Shown in pieces: positions 38,316 through 47,608 of a stretch of DNA of 64,000 bases. Within the stretch, counting starts at the first letter, position 1. Each line of letters starts with the position of its first letter. Source of the DNA: Spirochaetia bacterium. Lineage in GTDB: Bacteria; Spirochaetota; Spirochaetia; SZUA-6; Bin103. Both the position numbers and the translations under genes were made by a program. The DNA is taken from contig OZ241863.1 of the NCBI GenBank assembly GCA_965203055.1, positions 3,104,001 through 3,168,000 on the forward strand, given 5' to 3'. A model generated the notes under the pieces. That model was not told the DNA's origin. It made no database searches and saw only the letters and a list, made by a program, of their open reading frames with translations.

Positions 38316-38802
38316 CCGTATCGCGGCGCTGGCCGCCGAACTCGACGCGGCGCTGCCCGTGCTCGACCGCATCAACGAGTTCTACGATCGGTTCGACCGG
38401 CAACCGGGCGCCGCCGGCCGGTCGGTAGAGAACGCTATCATCGTCAGCGACGTAGTGGTGTCGTTCTACACCTGCCTGGAGACCTCGTTTCTGCGTATCA
38501 GTCAGTTCTTCGAAAACGCGCTCGATGATGCCCGCTGGCACGAGCAACTGCTGCGGGCGATGACCTGGACCGTTCCGGGAGTCCGGGAACGGGTCATTTC
38601 CGAGGCCACCTGGAGTGCGCTTTCGGAGCTGCGCCGGTTCCGTCACTTCAAGCGCTACTACTTTTCGTTCGACTACGACTGGGATCGGCTGGAACTGGTT
38701 CGCGCCAAGTATCTGGCGTGCCGCGCTCCGGTACGCGGTGAGTTGGCAGCGTATTCGGCCTATCTCCAGCGCCTCGCGGAGGAGGCGCGCAAGTCGCCGT
38801 GA
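38302..38802 (+). CDS. HEPN-domain (HepT-like) toxin
   Basis: FYTCLE, WHEQLL and ELRRFRHFKRYY motifs; overlaps the MNT gene. Confidence 0.82.
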   Translation: MASADRIAALAAELDAALPVLDRINEFYDRFDRQPGAAGRSVENAIIVSDVVVSFYTCLETSFLRISQFFENALDDARWHEQLLRAMTWTVPGVRERVISEATWSALSELRRFRHFKRYYFSFDYDWDRLELVRAKYLACRAPVRGELAAYSAYLQRLAEEARKSP

Positions 38803-39956
38803 GGATTGCCCGCGTCCGTCCATTCATCCTCAGCGTCGAGCTGCCGGACGGCGAGGTATTCGCCTACTCGCAGGCGTGGTACCGCACGCGGCGCTCGCTG
38901 GTGGTGGAGATCGAGACCGCCGACGGAACCGTCGGCTATGGCGAGGCGTTCGGCCCGCCGGCCACCAATGCGGCGCTGATCGACGAGGTATACGCCCCGC
39001 TGCTGCGGGGGCGCGACGCCCGCGACCGCGAGACCTTGTGGCTGGAACTGTACAACGCAATGCGCGACCACGGCCGCAAGGGGACCGCGCTGGAAGCCCT
39101 CAGCGCGGTGGACATTGCGCTGTGGGACCTGCTGGGGAAGCACTTCGGCGTGCCGTGCCACCGCCTGGCGGGGCGCAACTACCGCGCCCGCGTCGCCGCC
39201 TATGCCACCGGCTTCTACCGCAAGCGCGCCGCCGGCAGCCTGACCGGGCAGGCGCCGCTGCTGGTGAAGGAGGCGCTGGGCTACGTTGCCGCCGGCTTCA
39301 CGGCGCTCAAGGTCAAGATCGGCTTCGGCGTCGAAGATGACGTCAGCGTGGTGCGCGCGGTGCGCGCCGCGGTGGGGCCGGAGGTGCGTCTCATGGTGGA
39401 CGCCAACCACGGCTACGACCGGGCCGCGGCGCGGGAGGTGGCGCGGCGCCTGGAGCCGCTGGCCATCGACTGGTTCGAGGAGCCGCTGGTGCCGGAGGAT
39501 CAGCGCGGGCTGGGCCGCTTCCGGCGCGAGTCGCCGATTCCGGTCGCCGCCGGGGAGGCGGAGTTCGGGCGCTGGGGGTTCGCCGAGCTGCTGCGGCGCG
39601 ACGCCGCCGACATCGTGCAGCCCGACTGCTGCGCCGCCGGCGGCCTCACCGAGGCGCTCAAGATCGCGGATCTGGCCGACGCCGCGCACGTGCGCTGCAT
39701 CCCGCACGTCTGGGGCACCGGCCTCGCGGTCGCCGCGGCGCTGCAGATGCTGGCCATGATCGCGCCCTGCCCGCCGGGCCTGGCGCCGCGCGAGCCGCTG
39801 CTGGAACTGGACCGGACCTGGAATCCGCTGCGCGAGGAGCTCAACCTGACCCCGCCCGAGGTCGGCGTCGGCATGGTCTTCACCATCCCCGCCGCGCCCG
39901 GCCTCGGCTTCGAGCCGGACCGCCGCGTGCTCGACCGCTATCGAACGCGCGCCTGA
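38799..39956 (+). CDS. Mandelate racemase / muconate lactonizing enzyme family protein
   Basis: DIALWDL.GK, KVKIG, MVDAN, WFEEP, GE and QPD motifs; GTG start overlaps the HEPN stop. Confidence 0.93.
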   Translation: MRIARVRPFILSVELPDGEVFAYSQAWYRTRRSLVVEIETADGTVGYGEAFGPPATNAALIDEVYAPLLRGRDARDRETLWLELYNAMRDHGRKGTALEALSAVDIALWDLLGKHFGVPCHRLAGRNYRARVAAYATGFYRKRAAGSLTGQAPLLVKEALGYVAAGFTALKVKIGFGVEDDVSVVRAVRAAVGPEVRLMVDANHGYDRAAAREVARRLEPLAIDWFEEPLVPEDQRGLGRFRRESPIPVAAGEAEFGRWGFAELLRRDAADIVQPDCCAAGGLTEALKIADLADAAHVRCIPHVWGTGLAVAAALQMLAMIAPCPPGLAPREPLLELDRTWNPLREELNLTPPEVGVGMVFTIPAAPGLGFEPDRRVLDRYRTRA

Positions 39957-40120
39957 CGGCGCCCGCGCCGGCCTCCGCCGCCAACCGGCCGGCTGACCCG
40001 GCCCGCCCGGCCCTTCGGCCGCCCCCTGCCCCCGCGGCGTCGCGCCGCGCGCCGGCAATTGTCGGTCGGCGTCCGGTTTGCTACTATGGCCGCCGGCCCG
40101 CTCCGGCCCGCGACAGCGCC

Positions 40121-41098
40121 ATGCGACCACCGACCACCGAGACCAGCCGCACCCTGCCGACCGCCGCCAACGCCAGCCGCGCCCGGCCCCGCCTGCAGTG
40201 GAGCAAAGTGACCGTCAACTGGGAGCTGTACCTGTTCGTGGCCCTGCCGCTGATCTGGCTGCTGCTGTTCATGTACGTGCCGATGGTCGGCAACGTGATC
40301 GCGTTCAAGAAGTTCGTGCCGATCAAGGGCATGCTGGGCAGCGACTGGGTCGGCTTCGATCACTTCGTGCGCTTCGTGAACTCGTTCAAATTCAGGAACG
40401 TGATGTGGAACACGTTCTACATCAACGCCTACCAGCTCGTGGCCGGGTTTCCGGTCCCCATCATTCTCGCCCTCGCGCTCCACTACTGCCCGGCGCTCGG
40501 CTACAAGAAGACGGTGCAGATGGTGACCTACGCCCCGCACTTCATCTCCACGGTGGTGATGGTGGGCATCATCCTGAAGGTACTGCAGACGCGCATCGGT
40601 CTGGTCAGCGTCGCGCTGGCCAAGCTCGGCCTGCCGGAGCCGCCGTTTCTCGGCAGCCCCGACTGGTTCGCGCACGTGTACGTGTGGACCGGCATCTGGC
40701 AGAACATGGGCTGGGGCACGATCATCTTCCTGGCGGCGCTGGCCGGGGTGGACGTGGAGCTGCACGAGGCGGCGCGGGTGGACGGCGCCACCATCTGGCG
40801 GCGGGTGTGGCACATCGACCTGCCGGGCATCATGCCGACGGTGATCATTCTGCTGATCCTGCAGTCGGGGCAGATGCTCGGCGTCGGCTTCGAGAAGATC
40901 TTCCTGATGCAGAATGCGTTGAACATCCGCGCTTCGGAGGTGGTGGAGACCTACGTCTACCAGATCGGGCTCGCCTCGGCCACGCCCAACTTCTCCTACG
41001 CGGCGGCGATCAACCTGTTTCGCAACGTGATCGCGTTCTTCCTGCTGGTGGCGGTGAACCGCATCTCGCGGCGGGTGTCGGAGACCAGCCTGTGGTAA
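40121..41098 (+). CDS. Carbohydrate ABC permease (LplB-like)
   Basis: WVGFDHF, YAPHFISTVV and ELHEAARVDGA motifs. Confidence 0.92.
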   Translation: MRPPTTETSRTLPTAANASRARPRLQWSKVTVNWELYLFVALPLIWLLLFMYVPMVGNVIAFKKFVPIKGMLGSDWVGFDHFVRFVNSFKFRNVMWNTFYINAYQLVAGFPVPIILALALHYCPALGYKKTVQMVTYAPHFISTVVMVGIILKVLQTRIGLVSVALAKLGLPEPPFLGSPDWFAHVYVWTGIWQNMGWGTIIFLAALAGVDVELHEAARVDGATIWRRVWHIDLPGIMPTVIILLILQSGQMLGVGFEKIFLMQNALNIRASEVVETYVYQIGLASATPNFSYAAAINLFRNVIAFFLLVAVNRISRRVSETSLW

Positions 41099-42075
41099 GG
41101 CGCTCCGGCGCCGATCTGCCGGCCCCGGCCGCTCCGCCCGTGCCGGCCGTGCCGGCCAGGCGCGGGCGCCGGATCAGGAACGCGCGCGAAGACCGGGTGT
41201 TCTACGCCCTCGACTATGCGTTGCTGACCTTCGCGTTCGTCATCGTCATCTATCCGCTGATCTACATCGTCAGTTCGTCGTTCAGCGACGCCCGGGAGGT
41301 GTTGGCCGGGCGCGTGTGGCTGCTGCCGATCAACCCCAGCCTGGACGGCTACAAGGCGGTGTTCGAGTACGGTGAGCTGTGGCTCGGCTACGGCAACTCG
41401 ATCTTCTACACCGTGTTCGGCACCCTCTACAACGTGGCGATGACCATGATCGTGGCCTATCCGCTGTCGCGCAAGGACTTCGTCGGGCGCAGTCCGATCA
41501 TGTTCCTGTTCACCTTCACCATGTTCTTCCACGGCGGCCTGATCCCCACCTATCTGCTGATCAAGAGCCTCGGCATGATCGATACCCGCGCCGTGCTCAT
41601 CATCCCCTGGGCAATCGGCGTGTGGAACGTGATCATCACCCGCACCTACCTGCAGAGCACCGTCCCCGGCGAGTTGTACGAGGCGGCGCGGGTGGACGGC
41701 GCTTCCAATACCCGCATGTTCTGGCACATCGTGCTGCCGCTGTCCGGGCCGATCATCGCCGTCATCACGCTGTTCTACGCGGTCCACCACTGGAACACCT
41801 ACTTCAATGCCCTGATCTTCATTCGCAACGACAACCTGCGCCCGCTGCAGCTCATCCTGCGCGAGATACTGATCCAGAACTCGATGAACATCCTGGACGA
41901 CATGATGGCCGACATGACCGCCGAACAGCTCGAGCAGATGACCCGGCGCGAGTTTCTGGTGGCGTTGCTGCAGTACGCCGTCATCGTGGTGGCCACGGTC
42001 CCGGTCCTGGTGATGTACCCGTTCGTACAGAAGCACTTCGTCAAGGGAGTGATGATCGGATCGATCAAAGGATGA
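41092..42075 (+). CDS. Carbohydrate ABC permease (LplC-like)
   Basis: AYPLSRK, GGLIPTY, ELYEAARVDGA and YPFVQKHFVKG motifs. Start is approximate. Confidence 0.9.
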   Translation: MVRRSGADLPAPAAPPVPAVPARRGRRIRNAREDRVFYALDYALLTFAFVIVIYPLIYIVSSSFSDAREVLAGRVWLLPINPSLDGYKAVFEYGELWLGYGNSIFYTVFGTLYNVAMTMIVAYPLSRKDFVGRSPIMFLFTFTMFFHGGLIPTYLLIKSLGMIDTRAVLIIPWAIGVWNVIITRTYLQSTVPGELYEAARVDGASNTRMFWHIVLPLSGPIIAVITLFYAVHHWNTYFNALIFIRNDNLRPLQLILREILIQNSMNILDDMMADMTAEQLEQMTRREFLVALLQYAVIVVATVPVLVMYPFVQKHFVKGVMIGSIKG

Positions 42076-42164
42076 CAAGGAAAGGACAGGACGCACCGCG
42101 GGCGTTGCCGCCCGCAACCGCCCGGGCGTTGCCCGGCGCAACCATCTTCACAAGGAGTTTGCAG

Positions 42165-43871
42165 ATGCGAAGTCTTGCAATCTTGATGATGCTCGCGGCC
42201 GCCGCGGCCATGAGCTTCGCCGCCGGCGAGGGGGAAGCCACCTCGTCCGGCGATTACGCCCTGAATCCACCGGGAACCTATCCGGTGGTCGAACCGACGT
42301 ACGAGTTCGACGTGGTCACCATCTACCTGAGCCACGAATCGTCGGGCCGGCCCGGGGACTCGAAGTTCTCGGCCTTCCTGGAGGACCTCACCAACGTGCG
42401 GGTCAACTTCATCGACGTGATCGAGAGCGGCGCCGCGGGCGAGAAGCTCAACCTGATGTTGGCCAGCGGCGACCTGCCCGACGTGATCATGACGCCGTTT
42501 CACGTCAACGCTCAAACCACCTTTCAGCACGGCGCCGCCGGCAGCTTCCAGCGTTTGAACGAGCTGATCGACAGCCACATGCCGGCGCTGAAGCGCGAGT
42601 TGGAGAAGTGGCCGCAGTACCGGGCGCAGCTCACCATGCCGGACGGCGGCATCTACAACCTGCCGGAGTTGGAGGCGGGCTGCTTCCACTGCCGCTTCCA
42701 GATCAAGTTCTGGATGTACCAGCCGTGGTTCGACAAGCTGGGACTCGACTTTCCGCCCACCACCACCGACGAGCTCTACGAAGTACTGAAGGCGTTCAAG
42801 ACCGGCGACCCCAACGGCAACGGCATTGCCGACGAGATTCCGATGCTCGGCGCCTCCACCGGCTGGAACGCGCTGCCGCTGAACTTCCTGATGAACGCCT
42901 TCACCTACACCCGGCGCGGCACCTACGGCGGCTATCTGGAGCGGACGCCGGATTCGATGCGCTTCGTGGCCGATACGCCGGAGTGGCGCGAGGGCCTGCG
43001 CTACATCCACCGCCTGTACGAGGAGGGGTTGATCGGGCGCGAGACCTTCACGCAGAAGAATGACCAGGCCAAGGCGACCATCGAGAACCCGGACGTAGAG
43101 CTGGTCGGCAGCTTCCCCGCCGGCTGGTTCGGCGTGATGACGGTCAACGGCGGCGGCACCGGGCGGTTCGCCGACTTCAAGCCGATCGCGCCGTTGAAGG
43201 GACCCGCCGGGGGACAGTACACGACCTACTTCCCGCCGCAGATTCGCTACCACACGTTCATCACCGCGCGCGAGGAGCACCCGGAGATCGTGGCGCAGTG
43301 GGCCAACTGGTTCTACGAGGATCCGTTGGTGAACTCCGCGTTGGCCATGGACTTCCTGGAAGAGGGGGTGCACTGGCGCTACCTGACGCCGGACGAGAAG
43401 ACCATGGGTTACGTGGCGCGCGACGGTTCGCCGGCGGTGACCTGGCCGCTGCTGACCAAGACCTACGGCGAGGTGAAGCGCGACGACGGCTGGAGCCGCA
43501 CCGCCCTGCGCTGGGGGCCGGTCGGCACCAGCGCCCTGAACCCGGAGTGGGCCAACGATCCCTCCAAGCAGGAGTGGATCCTGATGGTCGCCACCCGCGA
43601 CATGTACCAGCCGCTGCTGCAGGAGAACTACGTGCCCGCCAACCTCGTGTTCGATGAGGACGTGCAGGATGAGCTGGCCGATCTGACCGCCACCATCGCC
43701 GGGGGAACCGGCTTGGTGGAGCAGTGGAGCACCGAGTTCATCGTCGGCTCCCGCGACATCGACGATCAGGGTCAGTGGGACAACTACGTCAATGAGCTGC
43801 GGCGCGCCGGCGTGGAGCGCTACGTGCAGATCTGGGAGGACACCCTCAGGAACGCCGGCTACCTCAACTAG
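42165..43871 (+). CDS. Carbohydrate ABC substrate-binding protein (LplA-like)
   Basis: AAGGAG RBS, signal peptide, LMLASGDLPD and DPNGNGIADEIP motifs. Confidence 0.92.
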   Translation: MRSLAILMMLAAAAAMSFAAGEGEATSSGDYALNPPGTYPVVEPTYEFDVVTIYLSHESSGRPGDSKFSAFLEDLTNVRVNFIDVIESGAAGEKLNLMLASGDLPDVIMTPFHVNAQTTFQHGAAGSFQRLNELIDSHMPALKRELEKWPQYRAQLTMPDGGIYNLPELEAGCFHCRFQIKFWMYQPWFDKLGLDFPPTTTDELYEVLKAFKTGDPNGNGIADEIPMLGASTGWNALPLNFLMNAFTYTRRGTYGGYLERTPDSMRFVADTPEWREGLRYIHRLYEEGLIGRETFTQKNDQAKATIENPDVELVGSFPAGWFGVMTVNGGGTGRFADFKPIAPLKGPAGGQYTTYFPPQIRYHTFITAREEHPEIVAQWANWFYEDPLVNSALAMDFLEEGVHWRYLTPDEKTMGYVARDGSPAVTWPLLTKTYGEVKRDDGWSRTALRWGPVGTSALNPEWANDPSKQEWILMVATRDMYQPLLQENYVPANLVFDEDVQDELADLTATIAGGTGLVEQWSTEFIVGSRDIDDQGQWDNYVNELRRAGVERYVQIWEDTLRNAGYLN

Positions 43872-43893
43872 CCAGCTTTAGCTTCGTTGGCTG

Positions 43894-43934
43894 GAAGGGC
43901 GCGGGCAGCGACCCGTTCGCTGCCCGCGCCCTTC
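43894..43934. terminator. Perfect 18-bp stem-loop after the sugar ABC operon
   Basis: GAAGGGCGCGGGCAGCGA-cccgt-TCGCTGCCCGCGCCCTTC. Confidence 0.75.
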
Positions 43935-44043
43935 ATGGCCGTCTGGGCGATCGGCGCGGCCGTGAGGACGAGGCGTGTGTCAAGCCTACGATGCCTACGC
44001 AGGGCGCACTAGGCGCACCCATTTGTTGGTACCGCCCCCCCCC

Positions 44044-44520
44044 TTTGAAGCCGCCGGAAAGGCGTACTACGAGTACCGCTACGCCGCCATGGACCGCGCC
44101 GTGCTCGACGCCTGCGGCTGGAGCGACATTGCCACCGCCTGCGACCTCCTCTCGACTACGAGATCGACGAAGCCGCCTGGGGCCAGTTCCTCGACAGCAG
44201 TCATGTCCGATCGAACTTCGGGTTGTCCACCCGTTTGCCCAGCTCCAGGTTCTCATCGATGGTGAACCACCCGGCGGCGACTTTCGTCACTCTGATGCCG
44301 TCGCGGGTGTGGAGGATCGCCAGACTCCGGCGCGGCCGGCGTGGCGGAGGTTTATCTCCGTACTCCGGTCGTGTTATCGGCCTGCCGGAGTAGTCGGTAT
44401 CCGTGCCCATCCTTGCTCCACCATCAGTCTATCGAGCGCCTCCGCTATAGGCAAGAAGTCACCGAATGCCCAGACCTGGCGACGCCTGGGCCGGGTCGTA
44501 AGAAGAAACCCTGCCGCTCG
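44044..44520 (+). pseudogene. Degraded C-terminal relic of a large Eco57I-like (type IIG/IIL) methyltransferase, interrupted by about 300 bp
   Basis: FEAAGKAYYEYR / AAMDRAVLDACGWSDI...CDL / LDYEIDEAAWG, then GRKKKPCR near 44494. Matches the recalled C-terminus of such enzymes. Confidence 0.6.
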
Positions 44521-44625
44521 ACGCCGGCGACATTCACGGCAGTAGCATCTGACGGAACGTCCCAGCCGCTTGGAAATGCGCCGCCGAGTCATGCCCGCAG
44601 GTGGCATATTCCGGGCCGGAATAAA

Positions 44626-44654
44626 TTGACTCAAATAGTTTCCATGATTATACT
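44626..44654 (+). promoter_or_regulatory. Near-consensus sigma70 promoter, probably giving a leaderless mRNA
   Basis: TTGACT-N17-TATACT with the ATG (44661) only 6 nt after the -10 box and no RBS. Confidence 0.75.
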
Positions 44655-44660
44655 TATGTC

Positions 44661-46010
44661 ATGAACAATCATGCTTCCGACGGGGCCGTCACCACTACCG
44701 TTTCGCCCTCTCAGACGACCGCTTGCTGGAGCGGACCAAGGAACTGTCCGGCATTGAACACCATCTCGAAGTGGTCGTCATCGACCACCTGCGGGAGATT
44801 CATAAGCGCCGCCTGTATCTGCGCCGCGGGTTCTCGATCCTGTTCGATTATGCGGTGCGCGAACTGGGTTACAGCGACGCCGCAGCGTGGCGGCGCATCG
44901 AGGCGATGCGGCTCTGCGCGGAGGTCGAGGGCGTGCGGGAGCGCTGCGGAATGGCACGATGACGCTGAACGCAGCGGCGCAGTTGCAGCATGCCTTCGAC
45001 CGGCAGGAGCGCAAGAAGGAACGCGCGGCGAGCGGCGCGCCGGGCGGGGCCGGGTGCGGGGCTGCCGCTCAGTCGCAGAACGGCTCGGCGCCGCCGAGGC
45101 CGGCGGAGCGGAAGCCGGCGCCGGTGCTGGACCCGGAGGCGCGGCGGGAGCTGGTGGAGCAGGCGTCCGGCAAGAGCAGCCGGGAGGTGATGCAGTTGCT
45201 GGCCGAGGTGGACCCGGAGCTGGCGGCGCGGGCGGATCGGGTGCGGCCCCTGGGCGGCGGGCGCTGGGAACTCAAGGCGGTGATCGACGATGAGTGCCGG
45301 CGGGGCCTGGAGCGGCTCCATGGCCTCCTGTCCCACGTCGATCCGCACCTGACGATGGGCAGCTCATGGCGCGGCTGGTGCGGGAAGGGCTCGACCGCCA
45401 CGACCCCGCCCGGCCGCCGCGCGGGCGGCGCGCCGCGCCAGCCAAACGCGCCGAGCAAACTTCGGCGGCGAAGACGCAGGCGGCCGCGGCTCGCGGCGCC
45501 GCCTCGGCAGCGAAGCAGGAGACCAGCGCGGACAGCGCCGCTCCTTCGGCGGCGAAGGTATCGGCTCAGGCGCCGGCGCAGCCGGGAGACGAAGCCGCTG
45601 ACCGCCCGGACACTTCGGCAGCGAAGTCGGCGACCGACACCACTTCGGCGCCGAAGACGCGGCGCCTCGACCGGCAGGCTGCGACGGCCTGCGCGAAGCC
45701 GGCTGCCGCGCCGCGGACCCGGACTTCGGCAGCAAAGCCGGGCGTGACCGGCCGCGCCATCCCGGCGGCGGTCAAGCGCGAGGTGTGGCGGCGCGACCGG
45801 GGCCGCTGCCGCTACGTGGACCGCACCAGCGGACGCCGTTGCGGCTCCCAACACCTGCTGCAGATAGATCACGTCGTGCCGTATGCCCGCGGCGGCGCCG
45901 CCGAGCCGAACAATCTCCGCCTGCTGTGCGCAGCCCATCACCGCTACCGCCACGCCGGCGCCGGATTCGACCGCCCCGGCGAGGATCAGCAGGCGCCGGT
46001 AGACCGGTGA
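44661..46010 (+). pseudogene. HNH endonuclease with helical N-terminal (DUF222-like) region, three apparent 1-bp deletions
   Basis: Four frame segments join at about 44705, 44943 and 45359 into about 450 aa; C-terminal RAIPAAVKREVWRRDRGRC...C...IDHVVPYARGG...NLRLLCAAHH. Confidence 0.85.
45459..45737 (+). repeat. Seven spaced 15-bp quasi-palindromic repeats (ACTTCGGCRSCGAAG) encoding TSAAK-like peptides
   Basis: Copies start at 45459, 45501, 45543, 45612, 45642, 45684 (degenerate) and 45723. Confidence 0.85.
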
Positions 46011-46117
46011 TCAGATCGCCGAGAACGTCATCTTACACTGGGACTGGGACTGGGGCTTGGCCGTCAAGCGGCCTGACGCTTACCTACATTTGGAATGCGC
46101 CCGCCTACGCAATCGGA

Positions 46118-47089
46118 TCAGGGGCCGGCGAGCACCTCGGCGAACAGTTCGCGGTCGACGTTGCCGCCGGACAGCGCCAGCGCTACGCGGCGGCCGCGCA
46201 TGAGCGTTCGTTCCTGCAGCAATGCCGCCAGCGGGGCGGCGCCGGCGCCTTCGGCTACGTTGTGCGTGTCGCTGTAGCAGGCGCGCATGGCCGCCCGCAA
46301 CTCGGCTTCCGAGACTGCGGCCACGCGCGCCGCGCCGGCCAGGATCAGCGCCAGCGCGGTGGGGTCCGGGCTGCGCACCGCCATGCCGTCGGCCAGCGTC
46401 TCGCCCGCTTCGGTGCGGCGCGGCGCGCCGGCGGCGAACGAGAGCCGGTAGGCCGGCAGCGCCGCGCTCACCACCCCGATGACCGCCGTCGCCGGGGACA
46501 GCGCGTCGCGTGCCGCCATCACCCCGCAGATCCCCGATCCCAGTCCGATGGGGACGTACACCGCATCCAGGTCGGGCACCGCGCGGAACAGTTCCGCTCC
46601 GTAGCTGGCCGTTCCCGGCACCAAGTCCAGGCTGAACGACGGCAGCAGGCGCAGCCCGTCCCGCGCCGCCAGTTGCCTTGCGTGGGCCAACGCCTCGTCG
46701 AAGTCGCGCCCGTGCTCCACCAGCCGGGCGCCAAAGGCGCGCATCGCGGCGTTCTTCTCCCGGGCGTTGCCGCGCGGCACCACCACGGTGGCGGAGATGC
46801 CGGCCGCGCGGGCGGCGTAGGCGACGCTCTGCCCGTAGTTGCCGCGGGTGGCGGCGATGACGCCGGTCACCGCGGGGTTCTCCCGGAGCAGCCGGTCGAC
46901 CGCGACCAGCGCTCCGCGCAACTTGAACGAGCCGATCGGGGTGTGGTTCTCGTGCTTCACCCACACCGTGCAGCCGGCGCGTTCTTCCAGCAATGGCCAG
47001 CGGTACTGCGGCGTGGGCGGCATCGTCCGGTACACGATCGGGGCGGCCGCGTCGATCTCGTCGATGGTGGGAAGCCGAGGTTCGGACAT
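46118..47089 (-). CDS. Threonine/serine dehydratase family PLP enzyme
   Basis: KHENHTPIGSFKLRG, ATRGNYG, VPIGLGSG and LSGGNVD motifs. Confidence 0.92.
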   Translation of the reverse strand: MSEPRLPTIDEIDAAAPIVYRTMPPTPQYRWPLLEERAGCTVWVKHENHTPIGSFKLRGALVAVDRLLRENPAVTGVIAATRGNYGQSVAYAARAAGISATVVVPRGNAREKNAAMRAFGARLVEHGRDFDEALAHARQLAARDGLRLLPSFSLDLVPGTASYGAELFRAVPDLDAVYVPIGLGSGICGVMAARDALSPATAVIGVVSAALPAYRLSFAAGAPRRTEAGETLADGMAVRSPDPTALALILAGAARVAAVSEAELRAAMRACYSDTHNVAEGAGAAPLAALLQERTLMRGRRVALALSGGNVDRELFAEVLAGP

Positions 47090-47213
47090 GCCCGCACCCT
47101 AAGCCGGCAGCCTGCCGATAGGGAAGCGCGGGGGCCGGGTCGATTGGCGCGGTGGTTCGTGCGCGCTTCCGGCTATCCCTGCCGCCGGATGCCGGGGTAT
47201 TTTCAGGTACGCC

Positions 47214-47591
47214 ATGGGAGCGTTCACGGTCGACTGCGAGCTGCAGGAACTTACCGGCAATCGGCCGGCGGTGAGCATCGCCGGGGTAATGGTGGACACC
47301 GGGTCCGAGTACACGTGGCTGCCGGAGCAGGTGCTCACCGCCGCCGGGGTGCGAGTGACCAAGAAGGAGGTGGCGTTCGTGATGGCGAACGGCACGACCA
47401 TCACGCGCGACATTGGCTACGCCTACCTGCGAAGCAGCGGATTCGAGACCGTTGACGAGGTGGTATTTGCGCGCCCCGGCGATCTGCGGCTGCTCGGCGC
47501 GCGCACGCTCGAGGGGTTCGCGGCGCTGGTCGATGCGCGCCGGAAGCGCCTGGTGGCCTCGGGACCGCTGCCGGTGGCATCCGGGAGCTGA
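47214..47591 (+). CDS. Clan AA (retropepsin-like) aspartic protease
   Basis: MVDTGSEYTW, MANG flap and LLGARTLEG motifs. Confidence 0.82.
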   Translation: MGAFTVDCELQELTGNRPAVSIAGVMVDTGSEYTWLPEQVLTAAGVRVTKKEVAFVMANGTTITRDIGYAYLRSSGFETVDEVVFARPGDLRLLGARTLEGFAALVDARRKRLVASGPLPVASGS

Positions 47592-47608
47592 CCTGTCTCG
47601 AGCTGAGC

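Noticed and set aside
40078..41091. Apparent 665-aa fused permease
   Set aside because: The upstream part is an alternate frame of the first permease; only the part from about 41092 is permease-like.
42097..42145. Duplicated CGGGCGTTGCC...CGCAACC motif between the permease and binding-protein genes
   Set aside because: Only two copies; most simply an intercistronic stem-loop of the kind common in ABC operons.
45459..45737. CRISPR array
   Set aside because: Repeats are only 15 nt, spacing is irregular but always a multiple of three within a coding frame, and there are no cas genes in the window. Kept as a non-CRISPR repeat finding.
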